Source: Candidatus Latescibacterota bacterium | GTDB lineage: Bacteria; Latescibacterota; UBA2968; GCA-2709665 | Direction of reading: 5' to 3' | DNA: 64,000 bases | NCBI GenBank assembly: GCA_965222075.1 | Contig: OZ244937.1 | Location: forward strand, 5,088,001 to 5,152,000 | Shown here: positions 1 through 10,274 of the stretch, piece after piece | Numbering within the stretch: the stretch's first letter is position 1 | How the letters are laid out: every line of letters begins with the position of its first letter | Translations under genes and position numbers: made by a program | Notes under the pieces: model-generated | What the model was told of the DNA's origin: nothing | The model's database searches: none | What the model saw: the letters and a program-made list of their open reading frames with translations, nothing else

Positions 1-113
1 ACGAAGCATGGAGGGCCTCCCACGCGGCCTATACCGGCCGGCTGCACAAGGAACTGGGGAATGTGTAGCGATCGGGCGCTTCTTGGATTCTCAGATGAGA
101 GGGATCTCTGGAC

Positions 114-1658
114 ATGGCAACCGACGTTGTTGTAATCGGGGCGGGGCACAATGGCCTGGTCTGCGCGGGGTATCTGGCCAGGGCGGGGCTGGATGTGGTG
201 GTGGTGGAGCGAAGCGGACGCATCGGGGGCGCGTGTGTGACCGAGGAGCTGGTTCCCGGGTACCGGTTCTCCACTTTCGCATACGGGGCGCACGGTCCGG
301 GACCCGGGATCTGCCGCGATCTGGACGTTCCTGCGGATGCCTTCGTTGTGGAGGCGCTGGATCCGACGATGCTGGCTCCTTACCCGGACGGAGATGGGAT
401 TGTGCTCTGGTCGGATGTCGAGCGAACGGCGGCGGGGCTGGAACGGTTCGGGCCGGGCGAAGCCGAGGGGTACCTGGCTTATACCCGGTTCATGAACGAA
501 GCCATCGATCTTGCGGAAGAATGGTTTCTGAGTCCGCCGATGACGCACGGCGAGCTGTACGCGCGCTACCGGGGTACGCGTCGGGCTGCTGTTCTGGAAG
601 CGATGTTGACGCGCAGCCACTGGGATGTGTTGGGCGACTATTTTGGGAATGAGAAGGTCAAGAGCGCTCTGAGCCGGTCCGATGATTACGGGTATCCAAC
701 CGCCGCCGGGTCCCTGCTGGCCGAAGCCGTGGAGTCGGCCAGCAGAGGCGCCGGGGTGGAGGGGAAGAGCGGGATTGTGCGTGGGGGAATGGGCGAGATC
801 ACGGGGGCGCTGGCCTCTGCGGCGCGAGGGTTTGGCGTTGAGATCCGCGTGAATTGCCCGGTGGAGGAGATTGAAGTGGAGCAGAGTCGAGCCGTGGGTG
901 TTCGGCTGGCGAACGGTGAGTTGCTGCGGGCCGGACGGGTTGTTTCCAATGCGGATCCGAAACGGACGTTTCTCAAGCTTGTGGACGCTTCCCATCTGGA
1001 TTCGGGATTCCGGCGGCAGGTGGAAAGGATCAAAACCCGGGCCGGCTACATGAAGTACCACGCGGCGCTTTCGGGCGTACCGCGTTTCTCCGCCGTTTCC
1101 CCGGAGCTGGCCGACGATGCCCGGGCCGTCGCTCACGTCCGGATTTCGCCCAGCCTGGAGTACGTGGAACGGGCCTGGCTGGATGCGCAGTCGGGCATAC
1201 CCGCCCGCGATCCGGTGATGAGCCTGCAGCTGCCTACGGTGTACGATCCGCAGATGGCCCCTCCGGGCAAGCAGGTTTTTGGGGCCTGGGTACGGTTCGC
1301 CCCGGCCCGACCCCTGGAGGGCAACTGGGACGAACTGCGGGAGCCGACGATGGAGAATATCGTTCGGGTTATCGAGGATTATGCTCCCGGTTTCAGCGAC
1401 CTGATTGAGTGGCAGAGGCTCTACACACCGGCGGATATCGAGCGGGAGACCGGGATTACGGATGCGAGCATCCGGCACGTGGATATGACGCTGGATCAGA
1501 TGCTGCACCGGCGGCCGCTGCCAGCCTGGTCTACGTACAAGACGCCCTTAGAGGGCCTTTATCTGTGCGGGTCCGGGACGCATCCGTGCGGTTCGGTCAC
1601 GGGTGGGCCGGGCCACAATGCCGCACACGCCATACTGAGCGAGTCCGGGGGAGGATGA
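114..1658 (+). CDS. Phytoene desaturase family NAD(P)/FAD-dependent oxidoreductase
   Basis: N-terminal GAGHNGLV dinucleotide-binding motif; C-terminal LYLCGSGTHPCGSVTG motif typical of the family. Confidence 0.85.
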   Translation: MATDVVVIGAGHNGLVCAGYLARAGLDVVVVERSGRIGGACVTEELVPGYRFSTFAYGAHGPGPGICRDLDVPADAFVVEALDPTMLAPYPDGDGIVLWSDVERTAAGLERFGPGEAEGYLAYTRFMNEAIDLAEEWFLSPPMTHGELYARYRGTRRAAVLEAMLTRSHWDVLGDYFGNEKVKSALSRSDDYGYPTAAGSLLAEAVESASRGAGVEGKSGIVRGGMGEITGALASAARGFGVEIRVNCPVEEIEVEQSRAVGVRLANGELLRAGRVVSNADPKRTFLKLVDASHLDSGFRRQVERIKTRAGYMKYHAALSGVPRFSAVSPELADDARAVAHVRISPSLEYVERAWLDAQSGIPARDPVMSLQLPTVYDPQMAPPGKQVFGAWVRFAPARPLEGNWDELREPTMENIVRVIEDYAPGFSDLIEWQRLYTPADIERETGITDASIRHVDMTLDQMLHRRPLPAWSTYKTPLEGLYLCGSGTHPCGSVTGGPGHNAAHAILSESGGG

Positions 1659-1709
1659 GCGTGAACCCTGAATTGGAGAACCTGGTCAGGACTGCCGGAG
1701 GAAGCGGCT

Positions 1710-2918
1710 GTGGATTTCGAACTGAGTGAAGCGCACCGGATGATCGCGAAGATGGTGTATGATTTCGCTCGCGGGGAGGTTATGCCCATCATCAAAGCAC
1801 ACGACCGGAACCACACCTTTCCGGAGGAGCTGTTGCCCAGGATGGCCGCCCAGGGCTTCCTGGGTGTCTGTTTGCCCGTGCGGTATGGCGGGGCGGGCAT
1901 GGACTATATTTCTCTGGGGCTGGTTTCCGAGGGATTGGAGTGGGCGGACTCCTCGGTTCGAGAGACGATTGCGGTGCATCTGGGATTGCACGCGCTGCCG
2001 ATTTTTCAGTGGGGAACCGAGGAGCAGAAGGAGCGGTTGCTGCCGCCGTTGGCTACGGGCGAGCATATTGCGTGCTTCGGGTTGACCGAGCCTGGATCCG
2101 GCTCCGACGTGGGCGGCATGACCAGCAGCGCGCGAAAAGAGGGGGATCACTATGTTTTGAGTGGTGAGAAGATGTGGATTACCCTGGCCGATGTGGCCGA
2201 TCGCATGCTGGTGTTTGCAAAGACGGATCCGGACATGGGGGCCCGAGGGATTACCGCCTTTATTCTGGAGCGGGGTTGGGCCGGGTTGACGACCGGTACG
2301 ATTGAGGGAAAGATGGGCGTTCGGGCAAGTAACACCGGGTGGATCAATATGGACCAGGTGCCGGTGCCCGAGACCCACCGATTGGGCGAAGAGGGTGAAG
2401 GGTTCAAGATTGCGATGAGCGCCCTGGACAACGGGCGCTATACGGTCGCGTCGGGGGCGGTTGGACTGATGAAATGCTGCCTTGAGGAGTCTGTGACGTA
2501 TGCGCGGGAGCGCAATACATTCGGAAAGCCGATTTCGGAGTACCAGCTTGTACAGGGGATGATCGCCCTGATGCGGCAGCGTATTGATCTGGGGGAGCTG
2601 CTGGTGAGAAAAGTGGGTTGGATGAAGAACCGGGGCATTCGGAATACGCGCGAGACCAGTATGGCCAAGTGGTACTGTACCGAGGCGGCCAGTGAGACGG
2701 CGAACGATGCGGTCCAGATTCATGGCGCGTACGGTTATTCGGATGAGTACAATGTGGAGCGTCACCTGCGCAACAGCAAGAGTGCGGTGATCTACGAGGG
2801 GACGTCTCAGATTCACCAGTTGATGCAGGCGAGTTATGTTCTGGGGACACGCGAGGATCGGGCGTTGCGTTGTGAGTTGCCGGCTTATGATGCGGAAGGA
2901 TGGCAGGCGGAGGGTTGA
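1710..2918 (+). CDS. Acyl-CoA dehydrogenase
   Basis: [27 protein letters not shown] and IYEGTSQI motifs. Confidence 0.93.
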   Translation: MDFELSEAHRMIAKMVYDFARGEVMPIIKAHDRNHTFPEELLPRMAAQGFLGVCLPVRYGGAGMDYISLGLVSEGLEWADSSVRETIAVHLGLHALPIFQWGTEEQKERLLPPLATGEHIACFGLTEPGSGSDVGGMTSSARKEGDHYVLSGEKMWITLADVADRMLVFAKTDPDMGARGITAFILERGWAGLTTGTIEGKMGVRASNTGWINMDQVPVPETHRLGEEGEGFKIAMSALDNGRYTVASGAVGLMKCCLEESVTYARERNTFGKPISEYQLVQGMIALMRQRIDLGELLVRKVGWMKNRGIRNTRETSMAKWYCTEAASETANDAVQIHGAYGYSDEYNVERHLRNSKSAVIYEGTSQIHQLMQASYVLGTREDRALRCELPAYDAEGWQAEG

Positions 2919-2943
2919 TTTTTCGGGGAGCGGAGGAGAGGGT

Positions 2944-3738
2944 ATGAAGATTATTGCGCTGGTGAAGCAGGTGCCGGATACGGCCAGGTTGACCGGGTCG
3001 GTTGACGGTCTGAAACTGATGGCGGAGGGTGGGCCCAGGATTGTGAATCCCTGGGATGAGTACGCACTGGAGGCGGCGATTCAGTTGAAGGAAGCGCACG
3101 GGGGAACGGTTACTGTTCTGAGTATGGGCAGACCGGAAGCTGTTGAAGCGCTCAAGCAGGGGCTTGCGATGGGGGCCGATGAGGCCGTGCTGGTTTCGGA
3201 CCCGGCGCTGGAAGGGAGTGACAGCCTGATTACGGCTCGTGTACTGGTCGCAGCGATTCGGAGGGTCGGCGAATTCGACATGGTGGTTGCGGGAAGGTCT
3301 GCGATTGATGGGAATTCGGCGGCAACGGCCGTTCAGGTGGCCGCTCTGCTGGACGTTCCCCAGGTTTCGTACGTTGCCCGCCTGGAGGTTGTGGATGCGG
3401 CGGCCGGAAAGATTGTGGCGGTGCGGCTTCTTGAAGGGGGCATGGAAACGGTCAGCAGCAGGCTGCCGGCGGTGATCTCCGTGGTCAAGGAGATCAACGA
3501 GCCGAGGTACCCAGGCTTTATGGGCATTCGCCGGGCGGCCAGTGCGAAGATTCCCACCTGGGGGATTTCGGAACTGGGGTTCGAGCCCGATCAGGTGGGT
3601 GAAGCCGGGGCGCAGGTGAGGTGGCCGGAGGTCGCGGCGCCGGAGGCGAGAGAGGCCCGGGTGGAGATGATCGAAGGGCCGCCTGAGGAGGCCGCCAGGA
3701 TTCTGGTAGACAGGCTGGTTGCTGATGGGGTGATCTGA
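2944..3738 (+). CDS. etfB: Electron transfer flavoprotein beta subunit
   Basis: MKIIALVKQVPD, NPWDEYALE, AMGADEA, INEPRY; start at ATG 2944 after GGAG-rich RBS. Confidence 0.93.
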   Translation: MKIIALVKQVPDTARLTGSVDGLKLMAEGGPRIVNPWDEYALEAAIQLKEAHGGTVTVLSMGRPEAVEALKQGLAMGADEAVLVSDPALEGSDSLITARVLVAAIRRVGEFDMVVAGRSAIDGNSAATAVQVAALLDVPQVSYVARLEVVDAAAGKIVAVRLLEGGMETVSSRLPAVISVVKEINEPRYPGFMGIRRAASAKIPTWGISELGFEPDQVGEAGAQVRWPEVAAPEAREARVEMIEGPPEEAARILVDRLVADGVI

Positions 3739-4733
3739 TGGTTGGACGATATACGGCAGATGTGTTCTTGTGGGTCGATCAAGCCGAGGGCAAGGCGGAT
3801 CGGGTGGCGTGGGAAGCTCTTGGTGCTGCGTGTGAGGTGGCTGGTGAGCTGGGGGGGCGGATTGTGGCGCTTGTACTGGGTGGGGATGTGGATGGCCTGG
3901 CAGAAGAAGCCATTCAACGTGGTGCGGACCGCGCGTTTGTTGGCAGCGATCCAACGCTCAGTCGGTTTCGGGTAGAGCCCTATGCAGCACTGGTTGCCCG
4001 GCTGGTCCGGGAACACGCACCTGCCGCACTGGTGATGGGGGCAAGCAATGCCGGACTGGAAATGGCGGCCTACGTTGCCGCCAGATTGGGTGTGGGACTG
4101 GCTTCGGATTGCATCGGCCTGGCCGTTGAGGGGAGCAGCCTGGTGGCGACGAGGCCCGCACTGATCGGCAATGTGATGGCCCGGGTGGTTTTTGGTGATG
4201 CGCGTCCTGTGGTGGTTACGGTACGACGACGTGTGTTTCCTGCGCCGGATCCGGATCCGAGTCGACAGGGCGATATTGCGGCCGTAGATCCCGCGATGGC
4301 GGAAGAGGATATCACCACCAAGATTGACGGGTTCGAACCCACGGCCGGAGAGGTCAGTTTGACGGATGCCAGGGTGATTGTGTCCGGCGGACGCGGCGTT
4401 GGGGGGCCTGAGGGGTTCAGACCGATTCAGGCGCTGGCCGATGCGATCGGCGGAGCGCTGGGCGCCAGCCGAGCGGCGGTAGACGCCGGGTGGATCCCCT
4501 ATGCGCACCAGGTGGGGCAGACGGGCAAAACGGTTCAGCCCGATCTCTATATCGCGTGCGGCATTTCAGGGGCGGTGCAGCATCTGGCGGGGATGAAGAC
4601 AGCAAAGGTGATTGTGGCGATCAACCAGAATGCCACTGCGCCTATTTTCAACTTCGCCCATTATGGTATTGTGGGTGATTTGTTTGAATATGTGCCGGTG
4701 TTGGTGGAGGAGGTTAAGAAACGACAGCGATGA
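3738..4733 (+). CDS. etfA: Electron transfer flavoprotein alpha subunit
   Basis: VSGGRG, QVGQTGKTV, ACGISGAVQHLAGM; overlaps etfB stop. Confidence 0.95.
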   Translation: MVGRYTADVFLWVDQAEGKADRVAWEALGAACEVAGELGGRIVALVLGGDVDGLAEEAIQRGADRAFVGSDPTLSRFRVEPYAALVARLVREHAPAALVMGASNAGLEMAAYVAARLGVGLASDCIGLAVEGSSLVATRPALIGNVMARVVFGDARPVVVTVRRRVFPAPDPDPSRQGDIAAVDPAMAEEDITTKIDGFEPTAGEVSLTDARVIVSGGRGVGGPEGFRPIQALADAIGGALGASRAAVDAGWIPYAHQVGQTGKTVQPDLYIACGISGAVQHLAGMKTAKVIVAINQNATAPIFNFAHYGIVGDLFEYVPVLVEEVKKRQR

Positions 4734-4746
4734 TGGAGGCCATGCG

Positions 4747-5739
4747 ATGAAAACATTAGGCGTTGGTATTGTGGGAATCGGACACGCAGGTAGGGAGCAC
4801 TTCAAGGCATTCGGAGAGAATCCGGATGCAGAGGTGCGGGCGGTCTGGGCTCCAAGCAGGAACAGGCTGGATCTTTTCCCGGGTCCCGGTGATTTGTTTG
4901 CGTCGAGCTATGAGGCGATGCTGGACCGTAAAGATATCGACATTATCTCTCTGTGCAGTCCTAACTACGCCCATGCGGATCAGGCGGTGATGGCGGTGGC
5001 GGCGGGTAAGCACGTGATCTGTGAGAAGCCCCTGGCGACCTCTCTTGAAGACTGCGAGCGGATTGTCCGGGCGGCCGATAAGCGACGCGAGCTCAAGTTT
5101 ATGGTGGGGCAGAGCGCGCGGTTCAATCCGATTTGCAAGACGATCAAGCGGTTGTACGATGGTGGAGACCTGGGGGAGGCCTTTTACGCCGAGGCGGATT
5201 ATCTTCACAATATCGAGAAGCGGATCAAGGACTGGTGGGCCGACAGTCAGAACCCTCATTTTGGATTGATGGGCGGCGGCGTCCACCCCATCGACCTCCT
5301 GCGCTGGATCGTGGGGGATATCGAAGAGGTGTATGCGCTTTCCAACCACAAGGTGATCGCCGATTTCCCACACCACGACGCCTTTCTTATGAATTTCAAG
5401 TTCGAGAACGGGTGTCTGGGCAAGATGGCCGCGTTTCTGGGGTGCCAGCGTCCCTACCAGATGAACCTGGCTATCTATGGAACGAAAGGAACGGTGATCA
5501 ACGATCGGCTGTATCTCAGCAAGATCGAGGAGTTAGAGGATTTCATGCCGCTACCGATTACGATTCTCGCCGAGCACCCGACATTCGGTGAGGAGATGGG
5601 GCATTTTGTGGATTGTATTCTGAACGATAAGACACCGATGATCGATTTGCGGGACGGGGCAAAATCGGCGGCGACGTGCATTGCCGGCGGGGAGTCGGTT
5701 GAGACGGGCAGGCCGGTGGTGGTGAAGAATGACTTTTGA
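4747..5739 (+). CDS. Gfo/Idh/MocA family oxidoreductase
   Basis: GIVGIGHAG Rossmann motif, GKHVICEKP, GVHPIDL; start at ATG 4747 after GGAGG. Confidence 0.9.
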   Translation: MKTLGVGIVGIGHAGREHFKAFGENPDAEVRAVWAPSRNRLDLFPGPGDLFASSYEAMLDRKDIDIISLCSPNYAHADQAVMAVAAGKHVICEKPLATSLEDCERIVRAADKRRELKFMVGQSARFNPICKTIKRLYDGGDLGEAFYAEADYLHNIEKRIKDWWADSQNPHFGLMGGGVHPIDLLRWIVGDIEEVYALSNHKVIADFPHHDAFLMNFKFENGCLGKMAAFLGCQRPYQMNLAIYGTKGTVINDRLYLSKIEELEDFMPLPITILAEHPTFGEEMGHFVDCILNDKTPMIDLRDGAKSAATCIAGGESVETGRPVVVKNDF

Positions 5740-5948
5740 CCTAACCCCCCCGGGGGATCCAGCAGGGAGCGGGTATGCGGGCTGAGCGCGTTGGTTTCAA
5801 TGCCGGGGGAGCAGGAGACGTGTTGACCCGGCGGAGGTGACACTGATCAGTCCGGGTACGAAGGGCGCGTATCTTGAGGCTTTGGCGGCTGTGTTGTTTG
5901 CCATTGGCACGACGACAGGTGAGGTCATTTTCCACGGAAAAACGGGTA

Positions 5949-8336
5949 ATGACAACGCGATTGGGGTGGCTGTTTGCCGTTTTTTTGATGGCTACGCAGG
6001 CACAGGCCAAAGTGATTCGGGGTGTTGTGACCGATGCGGCAACAGGAGAACCCCTTCCGGCTGCGACGGTGTGGGTTCTGGGAACTTATGACGGCACAGT
6101 TACAAATACCGAAGGCAAGTATGTACTGGCGTTGCTCGACCTTCCCGTGGTGGTCGAAGTGCGTTATATCGGCTATCGGTCGCAGCAGCTTGATGTGACT
6201 GAAGATGCAGCCGATGTCCACAATTTCGCTCTGGAGCCAGTGCCTGTTGAATTGGACGCGCTCGTGGTGACGGCTGGGGATACGGGGCCAAATATCATGC
6301 GCAAAGTGATTGCGCAAAAGCAGACGTGGTGGAATGCGCTCAAGACGTTTCGCGTTGAGGCTTATTCGCGGTTTGTCTATCGCAATGAATCTGAGATTGT
6401 CGCGATTGTAGAGAGCCTGTCCGATGGTTTTTGGGATCGGAAAAAAGGTTGGCGAGAGGTCATCAAGGACAAACGCGAGACGAAAAATTTGGATTTCGGA
6501 TTTGCAGTGCCCGCGGCCGAAGGTGTGAATTTGTATGAAGATGAGACAGAACTCGGCGGTCATAATCTGGTCGGTGTCACCCATCCAAAGGCACTGGATC
6601 ACTACGACTTTGTGCTCAAAGGCCGTCGTAAAATGGATGATCGCATCATTTACGACATCGATGTCAAACCCAAACACGACCTCAAGACGGCTTTTAAGGG
6701 TCGCGTGGCTGTGCTCGATAGTGTGTATGCACTCGTGGAAGTGGAACTGACCCCAAATCAGGCGTTTTTATTTCCAATGCCCATTCGTGATTTTACCATA
6801 GCCATGCGCCAGCAGTTTGGCAATTTTGGTGGGGATTTCTGGTTTCCCGCAGGTTTGCAGGAGGAGTTGGATATTGAGATCGGGATGCCCGGCTTGCAAT
6901 TTCCGCGCATTAAGGGGCAACGCATTTCTCGTTTGACGGGGTATGAGGTGAATGTGGATTTGCCCGATTCGCTTTATGAACGGCGTGGGAAAGTGGTGGT
7001 GGATTCTGCGCGTGTCGAACAGGACAGTTTACTGACGCGAACAGCACTCGCTGTGCCATTAGATGAAATTGAGCAAGCAGCATACACGCGTATTGACAGC
7101 ACGATGACGCTCCCTAAAGCGTTTAAACCAAAGGGATTTTTGGCACGTTTTATCAATCTTAAGGAGGATGAGAAACGAGAGAAAAGTCAGAAACGAAAAA
7201 AAAGTGGCAATCGTGGACGCAAATTGCCGTTCAGGGTAAAACCCGAGTTGTGGTTCAATCGCGTGGATGGTTGGCATTTAGGCTCAGGAATTTTGTCGAG
7301 TTCAAAACGAACCCGAGCGACTTTTGGCGGAGCATATAACTTCGGTTTAAAACGATGGTCGTTTGATGTCAAAGCAACTGTGCACTGGGGAGCGAGCGAA
7401 AGGGCATTTGTATCGCTCGACGGATTTAGCGGAACAGAGGTGCGATATCGGTCGAGACTGTATGGTCGGTTCAGGGTGAGTGCTCGGCAGATTTTAGGTT
7501 TAGAGGATTATTTCGATTTTTATTGGCGCAAAGGTGTAAAAGGAACCGTGGGCTACCGGTTCGGTCGTCCGCGGGGGACGGGTGTGCGATTGACGGGCGG
7601 GGTCAATGTCGAGCAACACACGTCGGTAAATAAGACCACGGATTGGCATTTGAGCGGAGACATGGATGTGCAACGGTCAAATCCGGCAATTGACCCGGGA
7701 ATTTTGCGCTCTGCTTTTTTTCGCGTGGACTCAGGGGATGAAAACCAGGGGCTTGCGTTCCTTTTTGGGCAACGAAAATTCGTATTGGAGGTTGAACACA
7801 GTCGGCCCGGATTCGGTAGTGATTTTGCCTTTACGCAAATTCGGATGATATTGAATTGGCGGGTAAAGACGCTGTTCAAGAGGCGTTTGTTGTCCAATGT
7901 GCTGGATGTGCGCGTTGTTGGAAGTGCGTTTACCGGGACGCTGCCCAGACAGCGCTTTGAGATTCTGGATATAATATCGACCAAATTTTCAACTTTTGGG
8001 ACATTTCGAACGCGAGTGGATCGCCCCTATGAGGGAGAGAAATTGCTGGGTGTGTTCTGGGAACACAATTTCCGCACGGTGCCGTTTGAATTGATCGGCT
8101 GGCGGTGGGTTGTTGAGCGAAATATTGGTTTGATTGTACACGGTGGACACGGGCGCACGTGGTTCGGGGATCGAACCCTGGCGGGATTGGATTATACGCC
8201 TCAGTATCTCGACCGTTTTCACCACGAACTGGGGGTGTCGATTAACGGGCTGTTTGATCTGTTGCGGGTGAGTTTTACAAGGCGGTTGGATACGTCGGGA
8301 TTTTATCTGAGTGTAGAGATGGCACGGTTGTTTTGA
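5949..8336 (+). CDS. Outer-membrane protein with carboxypeptidase-regulatory-like N-terminal domain (DUF5686-like)
   Basis: Signal peptide, IRGVVTDAATGEPLPAATV/YIGY domain, beta-barrel-like C-terminus ending in Phe; visibly lower GC than neighbours. Confidence 0.75.
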   Translation: MTTRLGWLFAVFLMATQAQAKVIRGVVTDAATGEPLPAATVWVLGTYDGTVTNTEGKYVLALLDLPVVVEVRYIGYRSQQLDVTEDAADVHNFALEPVPVELDALVVTAGDTGPNIMRKVIAQKQTWWNALKTFRVEAYSRFVYRNESEIVAIVESLSDGFWDRKKGWREVIKDKRETKNLDFGFAVPAAEGVNLYEDETELGGHNLVGVTHPKALDHYDFVLKGRRKMDDRIIYDIDVKPKHDLKTAFKGRVAVLDSVYALVEVELTPNQAFLFPMPIRDFTIAMRQQFGNFGGDFWFPAGLQEELDIEIGMPGLQFPRIKGQRISRLTGYEVNVDLPDSLYERRGKVVVDSARVEQDSLLTRTALAVPLDEIEQAAYTRIDSTMTLPKAFKPKGFLARFINLKEDEKREKSQKRKKSGNRGRKLPFRVKPELWFNRVDGWHLGSGILSSSKRTRATFGGAYNFGLKRWSFDVKATVHWGASERAFVSLDGFSGTEVRYRSRLYGRFRVSARQILGLEDYFDFYWRKGVKGTVGYRFGRPRGTGVRLTGGVNVEQHTSVNKTTDWHLSGDMDVQRSNPAIDPGILRSAFFRVDSGDENQGLAFLFGQRKFVLEVEHSRPGFGSDFAFTQIRMILNWRVKTLFKRRLLSNVLDVRVVGSAFTGTLPRQRFEILDIISTKFSTFGTFRTRVDRPYEGEKLLGVFWEHNFRTVPFELIGWRWVVERNIGLIVHGGHGRTWFGDRTLAGLDYTPQYLDRFHHELGVSINGLFDLLRVSFTRRLDTSGFYLSVEMARLF

Positions 8337-8498
8337 GGCTGTGGTGAATATCCCGTGAGCAGGCTTCAGAAACATGCCGATTGGTTGTCGAGCGGCGTCG
8401 GGCGGCGGTGGGACTGTTGATGGACTGGGAAGGAGAAGGCGTGAGGTGATTGGTGACCAAGGAAGAACCGGCGCGAGGTTAAGAAGGAGATTCCGTAT

Positions 8499-10271
8499 AT
8501 GCAGGCGAAGACCGAAGTCGATCCGATTCAGTTTGAGGTGATCCGCAACGCGCTGCTGGAGGTGACGGAGGAGATGGCGATTGCGCTGCGCCGGAGCGCC
8601 TACTCGACCAATATCAAGACCAGAGCCGACTTTTCCTGTGCCTTTTTCGACCGGCAGCTGCAGACCGTGGCCCAGTCTTTTGCGCAGCCATCCCACCTGG
8701 GCTCGCTTGTGCAGCTGGTGCCGAAGGTGATTCGGCACTATGGCGTTGAAAACCTGGAGCCAGGCGATGCCATCCTGGCCAACGATCCCTACATGGGCGG
8801 CGTACATCTGAACGACATTACGCTGATCTCCCCCGTGTACTGGAACGATGAGCCGTTCGGGTACGTGGCCAGCCTGGCGCACCACGTAGATGTAGGCGGA
8901 GGGGCTCCAGCCAGCGTAGGCGCCTTTCGCGAGGTCTATCAGGAGGGGGTGATCATCCCTCCCGTGAAACTGCTGCGTCACGGAGAGATCGTCCCGGATG
9001 TCTTCCGGCTGGTGCTGGCCCAGATTCGGTCCAAGCGCGAGACGGCGGGCGACTTTCGGGCTCAGGTCGCATCGAACAATACGGGTGTGCGACGGTTAAC
9101 GAATATGGTGGAACGGATGGGACCGGATGTTATGAATTTATACATGAACGAACTGATCGCTTATACCGAGCGCCGCACACGGGCAGAGGTGTCGAAACTC
9201 CCCAGGGGTGAATTCACGGCGGAGGGTTATGTGGATAACGACGGGTTTACGGAGGACCCGGTCCACCTTGCGGCGAAGGTGACAATCGACGACGACGGCG
9301 TGCTCTTCGACCTGACAGGATGCGATCCTCAACGCAGGGCACCGGTTAACTCCACATACGGACAGACCTACGCCGGATGTGCGTTTGTTTACAAGTGTCT
9401 GATGGACCCCGATGTGCCGGTGAACTCCGGATTTTACCGGTCTCTTCGCATGGTTGCTCCCGAAGGCACGGTGGTCAACTGCAGACCTCCAGCTCCGGTC
9501 GTGGGGGGATGGGAAACTTCTATGCGGCTGGTCGAGGTGATGCTGAAAGCGCTGGCTCCGGGCCTTCCGGATCGAATTCCGGCCGGTACGAAAGGAATGA
9601 TCTGTCACGTGGGCTTTGGTGGGAACGACCCCAAAAGGAACGAGTACTATTGTTTTCTGGAAACGGTGGCCGGCGGGTATGGGGGGAGGGCTTCACGGGA
9701 TGGTCCCGATGCCATCCAACCTCACGGTCAGAATACTGAGAATGCGCCGATCGAGGAAACGGAGATCAACTATCCGGTCCGCATTCTCCGCTACGAGCTG
9801 GTGGAAGATTCGGAGGGAGGGGGCAGGTATCGAGGCGGGCTTGGGCTGCGACGAGACTACCTGTTTTCAGACCACGAGGCCTCCTTTACGATTCTGGCGG
9901 ATCGGGATCGCTGGGGGCCGGGGGGGTTGTTCGGGGGACTTTCAGGGCGCAAAGCGACTTACCTCCTGGAATCCGGGGGAGAGACGGTTGAGCTGGGATC
10001 CAAGGTGACGGTTGAGCTCAAGCCGGGAGATGTGGTGAGTTATCGCACCTGCGGGGGCGGCGGCTACGGACCGCCAAAGGAGCGAGATCCGGAGCTGGTG
10101 CTGCGAGATGTGCGGGAGGGGAAGGTGAGTCCCGAGCGAGGGCGGAAGGTTTACGGTGTGGCCATCGATACGGAGCATTGGAAGGTGGACGAGGTGGAGA
10201 CCGAAAGGCTGCGATCCGGTCGTACGCGTTCGAACGGCGTGACCGGAGGCCGGCCAGAACAGGAGGTATGA
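8499..10271 (+). CDS. Hydantoinase B/oxoprolinase family protein
   Basis: RSAYSTNIK, HLGS, NDPY, HLND, AHHVDVGG, TCGGGGYG motifs. Confidence 0.93.
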   Translation: MQAKTEVDPIQFEVIRNALLEVTEEMAIALRRSAYSTNIKTRADFSCAFFDRQLQTVAQSFAQPSHLGSLVQLVPKVIRHYGVENLEPGDAILANDPYMGGVHLNDITLISPVYWNDEPFGYVASLAHHVDVGGGAPASVGAFREVYQEGVIIPPVKLLRHGEIVPDVFRLVLAQIRSKRETAGDFRAQVASNNTGVRRLTNMVERMGPDVMNLYMNELIAYTERRTRAEVSKLPRGEFTAEGYVDNDGFTEDPVHLAAKVTIDDDGVLFDLTGCDPQRRAPVNSTYGQTYAGCAFVYKCLMDPDVPVNSGFYRSLRMVAPEGTVVNCRPPAPVVGGWETSMRLVEVMLKALAPGLPDRIPAGTKGMICHVGFGGNDPKRNEYYCFLETVAGGYGGRASRDGPDAIQPHGQNTENAPIEETEINYPVRILRYELVEDSEGGGRYRGGLGLRRDYLFSDHEASFTILADRDRWGPGGLFGGLSGRKATYLLESGGETVELGSKVTVELKPGDVVSYRTCGGGGYGPPKERDPELVLRDVREGKVSPERGRKVYGVAIDTEHWKVDEVETERLRSGRTRSNGVTGGRPEQEV

Positions 10272-10274
10272 CAC

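Noticed and set aside
5949-8336. Mobile island because of lower GC
   Set aside because: No flanking repeats or mobility genes; at most a single horizontally acquired gene.
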